A DNA stretch of 64,000 nucleotides from an uncultured Planctomycetaceae bacterium (GTDB lineage: Bacteria > Planctomycetota > Planctomycetia > Isosphaerales > Isosphaeraceae), in contig CAWIAD010000002.1 of the NCBI GenBank assembly GCA_963833985.1, positions 5,568,001 through 5,632,000 on the forward strand, read 5' to 3'. Made by a program: the position numbers and the translations under genes. Positions 59,346 to 64,000 of this stretch are shown here, in pieces. Numbering within the stretch: the stretch's first letter is position 1; every line of letters starts with the position of its first letter. The notes below the pieces were generated by a model. It was not told the origin of the DNA and ran no database searches. It worked only from the letters and a program-made list of their open reading frames with translations.

Positions 59346-61457
59346 TCAAGTCACAGGCAACGGAATGAACGGTGGTCCGGGCTGAGGGTGCGCGTTGCGA
59401 ACGAAGTCGGCGTAGAGTGGTGCGACACGCTCCGGGCGCCAGCGCTGTCCATCGTCGCGGGCCGCCGTGCTGAGCTGCTCGTAGAGCGAAGCGTCGTCCC
59501 AGAGACGAATGATGCCCTCGACCCAGGGCGCGATCTCCTCCGTGGCAGGAGGATGCGGGTTGGGTAGTGACAGTCCGGGCGGCATGTCAAGCAAGAAGCC
59601 CGCCTCGCCGACAAGCTCTGGAAGTGGCCCGATGTTGCTAGCTACGACCGGAATGCCGGAGATCTTGGCCTCGGCCGCCGTGAAAGCGAGTGGCACGTCT
59701 CCGGCCCAGGGAAGGACAAGCAGTCGGGTCAGACTGTAGTAATCGCGAGGGTGACGGACCTGGCTCATGACCGTCACATTCCCAAGCCGCGCGGGGTCGA
59801 GCCCTGTACCTGCAAAGAACCCGGGAGACATCGCGTCATCAACGATCAGAAGCGGGATGTCCGGCCGGTGTCGCGCGAGCTGCTCCGCGATCTGGAGGAA
59901 CAACAGCAACCCGCGGCCGGCCAGGGGCGCCACGAAGGTCGCGAACCGGCCTCGGCGCTCAGGAGCGAAGGTCCGGTCCCAATCGATCGCCGGAGGCAGA
60001 AGGACACAATTCAACCCCAGTGCCTGCCAATACCGCTGGCGCGCCTGCTCGGTGCTTACCAGGCAGTAATCGACCCCCGAAAAGGCCATCCGATCTCGAT
60101 GGGGCACATCTAGCACTGGGACGACGATAGGGATGTCGCAGCGCCGCGCGAGCCGGAGCAGCGGGTCATGGCTGGGAACTGGGCTGTAGGCGATGAGGAC
60201 ATCCGGCCGGTTGCGTTCCAGAAACGTCTCGAAAAACGCAAGGAAGCCTGCGAGAGCCTCGGCGTACGGATCGTCTTTCTGAGCTTGAGTGGGCCGGACG
60301 AGAGTAACCGGCACGAGCCCCAGCCTTGTATGCGAAATAATGCCCTGCCGGATGCCGCCGGTGGACGGCCTCGATTGCCGGGGCAAGCCGATGCTGTCGA
60401 TCATTCGGTCCACGGCATTTCCGGCTTGATCAGCAGGCGGCACCGAACAAAAAGCCTGGCAAGATAGGCCCTGGCTCCCCAGGAGTTCCATGACAGCCGA
60501 CGCCGCGACCCCTAGCGGGTGGGCGGGACTCACGAATGCCTCGGAGGCGACGAACACCGCGCTACGGGCCAGGCGCCGGCCAACAGGCGGAGTGGAGGGA
60601 GATATGTAAAGGCTCCTCGCGGACGACTGATTCGTCTCGTACAACCGATGCTGGTGGCTGGTGACCCGTGGTGTGTGGCTACGACTACCTTCGCGGAAGC
60701 GGTAGAGGCCACTGCGGTGGGACACGAACAGGAACTCGGCACCCGCACGAGCTAGTCGCTTCCAAAACTCCCAGTCCTCCAGGCACCAGAGCGACTCGTC
60801 AAAGCCGCCGACCATTGTGCCCAGGTCGCGGCGGTGGACGATGCCCAGCGGCGTAGATAGGTTGGCCGCGAAGAACTCGCCCCGGTGTGGCACCGGGTCC
60901 CACGAGTATCTCTTTGGCGGCGTTTCTCCCTCCACGATATAATCGTAGCCGAAGACGAGAACATCGGCCTTGCCGATCAAGGCGGCTGCCTTCTCCAGAA
61001 CCTCCGGGTAGTACTCATCGTCGCAATCGAGATAGGCGACGTACTGGCCGCGGGCAGATCTCAAACCGAGATTGCGGGCCGCACTCGGCCCGAGGTTTGT
61101 CTTGGTCCTGAGTGGCCGTATTCGCACATCCTTCGACGCCGACGCGAGAAGCCTCTCGTACGTTCCATCAGAGGAGCAGTCGTCGATGGCGATGAGCTCC
61201 CAGGAGGGACATGTCAGTGCCACGACGCTCTCGATGGCCCGGTAGATGGTTGCCCCTCCGTTATGGATGGGCGTGATCACAGAATGTGTTGGTGCGATTG
61301 TGTGATGAACTGGCACGTCAACTACCCGCCCGTTACGAGCAGACGTCATCGCGGTCAGTGTTGGCGCGAAAGAAAGATAACTTGGAACGTAAATTCCTCG
61401 AGGGCCTGGGATCGAACAGACGGTCTTGAAGTAGAACTGGTCGTAGTCGTCGGCCAA
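59346..61457 (-). CDS. Bifunctional glycosyltransferase (GT2 + GT4/GT-B)
   Basis: SVITPIHNG...IDDCSSDG...YLDCDD...EDWEFW; C-terminal EAKISGIPVVASNIGPLPELVGEAG. Confidence 0.88.
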   Translation of the reverse strand: MADDYDQFYFKTVCSIPGPRGIYVPSYLSFAPTLTAMTSARNGRVVDVPVHHTIAPTHSVITPIHNGGATIYRAIESVVALTCPSWELIAIDDCSSDGTYERLLASASKDVRIRPLRTKTNLGPSAARNLGLRSARGQYVAYLDCDDEYYPEVLEKAAALIGKADVLVFGYDYIVEGETPPKRYSWDPVPHRGEFFAANLSTPLGIVHRRDLGTMVGGFDESLWCLEDWEFWKRLARAGAEFLFVSHRSGLYRFREGSRSHTPRVTSHQHRLYETNQSSARSLYISPSTPPVGRRLARSAVFVASEAFVSPAHPLGVAASAVMELLGSQGLSCQAFCSVPPADQAGNAVDRMIDSIGLPRQSRPSTGGIRQGIISHTRLGLVPVTLVRPTQAQKDDPYAEALAGFLAFFETFLERNRPDVLIAYSPVPSHDPLLRLARRCDIPIVVPVLDVPHRDRMAFSGVDYCLVSTEQARQRYWQALGLNCVLLPPAIDWDRTFAPERRGRFATFVAPLAGRGLLLFLQIAEQLARHRPDIPLLIVDDAMSPGFFAGTGLDPARLGNVTVMSQVRHPRDYYSLTRLLVLPWAGDVPLAFTAAEAKISGIPVVASNIGPLPELVGEAGFLLDMPPGLSLPNPHPPATEEIAPWVEGIIRLWDDASLYEQLSTAARDDGQRWRPERVAPLYADFVRNAHPQPGPPFIPLPVT

Positions 61458-61580
61458 CTCCAGGGCTGGTCGGTGATGTGTTCTACGAAAAGAGAGCGGT
61501 GCTACTGTAAGTCAGCAATTTTGCCTGTCTCCCGGCCTCGGGCCGACCGCAAACGCACATCGCTGTGCGACGCACACTCC

Positions 61581-62117
61581 TCAATCGTCGAAAACCTTTT
61601 TTTCCTCCAACACGCGCCACACATCATGAATGGCCCCAGACCAAGCGTCCAAGTGACCGTGGTCATCCTTATCGAATATGCCCTCGATCAAGACATGTCT
61701 CCTATCAAACCGCTCGGGGCGAATCCCGCACTCCTTCCAACTTCCGCCTTCGAAGCTAACCCACAGGCCGTTGCGGTTAACTACGTAATTTGCATCCTCA
61801 CTTGTAACGTATATACCCGTTCCCTCGAACCGAACTCGAAGAAAGCCCCAGAGTCTGACAGGCTTTCCGTGAAAACGCTCAGGGTTCGAGAGGACTTGAA
61901 AGAGAGATAGCTCGACAGGGTGTGGTTGTGAATCGTCGTCGGCGCCCGCGGCACCGGACTTGATATGCTTACTTGCTAGCGCAGCATCGTAATACTGCAA
62001 ATTGTTAGATCCTGAGTGGCGGATAGGGATCAGATGTAAGAGCAAGGCGATCGCTGCAAGGCTAAGCAACCCCATGCAAAGAGCGAAAATCGTTCTGGGT
62101 CGCCGTACCAGCTTCAT
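61581..62117 (-). CDS. Hypothetical membrane-anchored protein (lower GC), possible orphan immunity/cassette gene
   Basis: aggagg RBS, N-terminal TM, LSLFQVLSNPERFHGKPVRLWGFL...NGLWV...VLIEGIF...GHLDAWSGAI. Confidence 0.7.
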   Translation of the reverse strand: MKLVRRPRTIFALCMGLLSLAAIALLLHLIPIRHSGSNNLQYYDAALASKHIKSGAAGADDDSQPHPVELSLFQVLSNPERFHGKPVRLWGFLRVRFEGTGIYVTSEDANYVVNRNGLWVSFEGGSWKECGIRPERFDRRHVLIEGIFDKDDHGHLDAWSGAIHDVWRVLEEKKVFDD

Positions 62118-62209
62118 GACAGTCCCCTCCTGTTCACCCGGTAGCACAGCAGCACTTGAAGTGCAGAGCTGGAATTGCATGAGAATCGAGTGGGCCGTCG
62201 TGACAGTAG

Positions 62210-64000
62210 CTAGTCCCAAAACAAGCGTAATATATTATTCGAAATATGTACAATGAAGATAATCAAGTGTTTTCTTCGATCACGTACCTTCTACTGCCCG
62301 GGTGCCTCGGCCCCGGTCATGCACTGCCTTGCTTTCTGCTCCATCCCCTGTCTCCTCTCCTGGTTCGATGGCCTACGCTGATCGGGGCATCCGGACCCCG
62401 ACTTCATGATTGTTTCGCTTTAGCACAGCCGACAGCCGTGCAGACGCTCCACCAGTCGCAGGAAGACTCCTTGCCATGGGTTCCAGGACAGCAGGCGGTA
62501 GATCAGCCGCCGGCCCGACCGCACGATCTGGCACGGCATCTGGATCATCGCCGCGCAGAACGTCGCAAACTCCATCCGCAACAGCGAGCGTTTCTCGGCC
62601 TCATGTTTCGCCGCGTGCCGGGGACAGGCCGGTGTCAGCAGGGCGCTCCATGCCTTCAAGCTCCACGCCAGACTCGCCATCACCATGTACGCCCAGTTGC
62701 TCACCAGGTTGTCCACCGGCGTTGTCAGCGCATGCACTCCGCTCTTGAGCTGGGCAATCAGGTTCTCCTGGTCGCACCGCTGGTTGGCCGAAAAGACGAT
62801 CTCCTCGGCCGGGGTGTCGCGGTCGTTGGTGATGTAGAAGAAGTAGCGGTACTGCTCGAAGAGCCGCAATTGGGCCTTGTCGATTCCCAAGAGCTTGCGG
62901 ACCGCGATGACTCGATAACTTCTTGTGCAGGCGATCGGCTGATACTCAAACTCGGCGACCATCTCCTCGAGCAGGTGAATCGTCTGGAACCCCCGCTCGT
63001 TGACGATCTGCTGCTTGACCCGTTCGGGCTGCTGGCGGGGCACGGTCTTGATCTCATAGCGCGGCGGTCGCTCCAGGATAGCGATACGCGTCAGCCGGCA
63101 GTTCGTCGGCTCTGGTTTTGAGGGCTTCGTTGCAGTCGAAACCGAAGACAAAGCGGACATCGCCGGCCTGATCCCAGCGGTCCAGGTGCTTGGTCTGGGT
63201 AAAGTCGGTGTCGCCACGGAGCGTGACCCGCCGAAAGCCGGCCTGGCGGCAAAGGTTGATGGCCTTATCGAGGTAAATTGCGGCGTGCTCATGGGAGGGA
63301 CGGTTACCGCTGCGATTGACCAGGTAGAGCGGTTCGGCCGTGTTGGCCAGCGAGATCAAAAGAGGGTGATAGCCCCAGGTACCGTCATAAGCGATATCGA
63401 CACCTTCCTTGCACTCCGCGTCGGTTCCGACGAGGGAGCCGTCGGCGTCGAGGATCGCTTCCTGGAAGAACTCGGAGGGTTGCTCGGACCAGACCCTCAG
63501 CCGCGTTTGATTGATGGCGTCCATCAAGGCCACGACATGGGCCTCGGAGAAGCGACGGCAGAAGTCCCCGGCCGTCGTGGGGTCGGGGATGCGCTCGGCG
63601 CCCAGGGCGTTGAGATAGACCTCGTCGTTGCGCCGCAGTTCCAGATGCTCGATCCGTTTGCCACCCGCGAGAATGTTGTAGGTGATGTTCAGGACATGGT
63701 CGGATTCGTGATAGGGCAGATGCCGCTTGAACAGGATGAGGTTGGTGTCAATATCCGTGATCAACCCGGTATTGCGAGCCAGCAAGTGCATGGCGCCGAT
63801 GCCACCGGCGGCTAAGGCCCTGGACGCGGTCGGCCAGTTCGTAGTGGATATTGCTGGCGGTCATCATGGGTACTTCGCGTTCTGGTCCCGGCCGGTTCTC
63901 GATGCGTTTGAGGACTCTCCGTTTGCGTTCGTTGAGGATTCTGCGGTTGCGTTGTCGCGTTTTCTTACTGTTGCGTTTTCGGGTCTTCTGGGGGATAGTA
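62210..64000 (-). mobile_element. IS1380-family element, truncated by the window end
   Basis: Transposase listed below. Candidate terminus ctagtcccaaaacaagcg at 62210; the partner end is outside the window, so this is unverified. Confidence 0.75.
62420..64000 (-). CDS. IS1380-family transposase, 5' partial, frameshifts near 63818 and 63078
   Basis: IPDPTTAGDFCRRF, ILDADGS, GYHPL, LRGDTDF, NQRCDQENLIAQLKSG, NWAYMVMASLAWSL. Confidence 0.9.

Noticed and set aside
7150..63820. Frameshifts in cheA (~7160), DUF4838 (~16308), DUF1080 (~18555), cydA (~35995) and the IS1380 transposase as programmed frameshifting or pseudogenisation
   Set aside because: They are isolated 1-2 nt indels, mostly in short runs, in unrelated and otherwise intact genes, with no slippery heptamer evident. 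Assembly error is the simplest explanation; reads are needed to confirm.

Overview
GC-rich bacterial DNA, most likely Planctomycetota (Isosphaeraceae-like). This is inferred from gene content: DUF1080 and DUF4838 proteins, an ECF sigma with a membrane anti-sigma, WD40/LRR proteins, and a leader resembling the planctomycete 'RxxLExxExRxxx' export motif. Several single-base frameshifts in otherwise intact genes suggest assembly indels. Left part (1-38 kb): tail of an UrtA/AmiC-like binding protein; a Wsp-type chemosensory operon (MCP, CheW, CheR-TPR, CheW, CheA-REC, CheB) whose WspR-like regulator carries a PP2C phosphatase instead of GGDEF; paired dynamin-like GTPases; DUF4838; DUF1080; metY-metX; an ECF sigma/anti-sigma pair; a small island bounded by inverted repeats and holding an IS4 element and an orphan gene; a trypsin-like protease; lon; an esterase; a PAS hybrid kinase; cydAB. 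Right part (38-62 kb) is the main find: a minus-strand polymorphic toxin locus. A 1938-aa Rhs/YD protein is followed by three silent orphan cassettes (Rhs core, a different C-terminal tip, a partner gene) and a vestige of a fourth. All cassettes start at almost the same codon of the core and are preceded by conserved non-coding junction elements (GTCCCCTT / TGACACCTTATCCCC type). The partner genes encode WD40, DUF4279, LRR and HEAT proteins. The locus is flanked on both sides by glycosyltransferase/methyltransferase genes, one of which carries REP-like elements inserted in frame. An IS1380 element runs off the right end.
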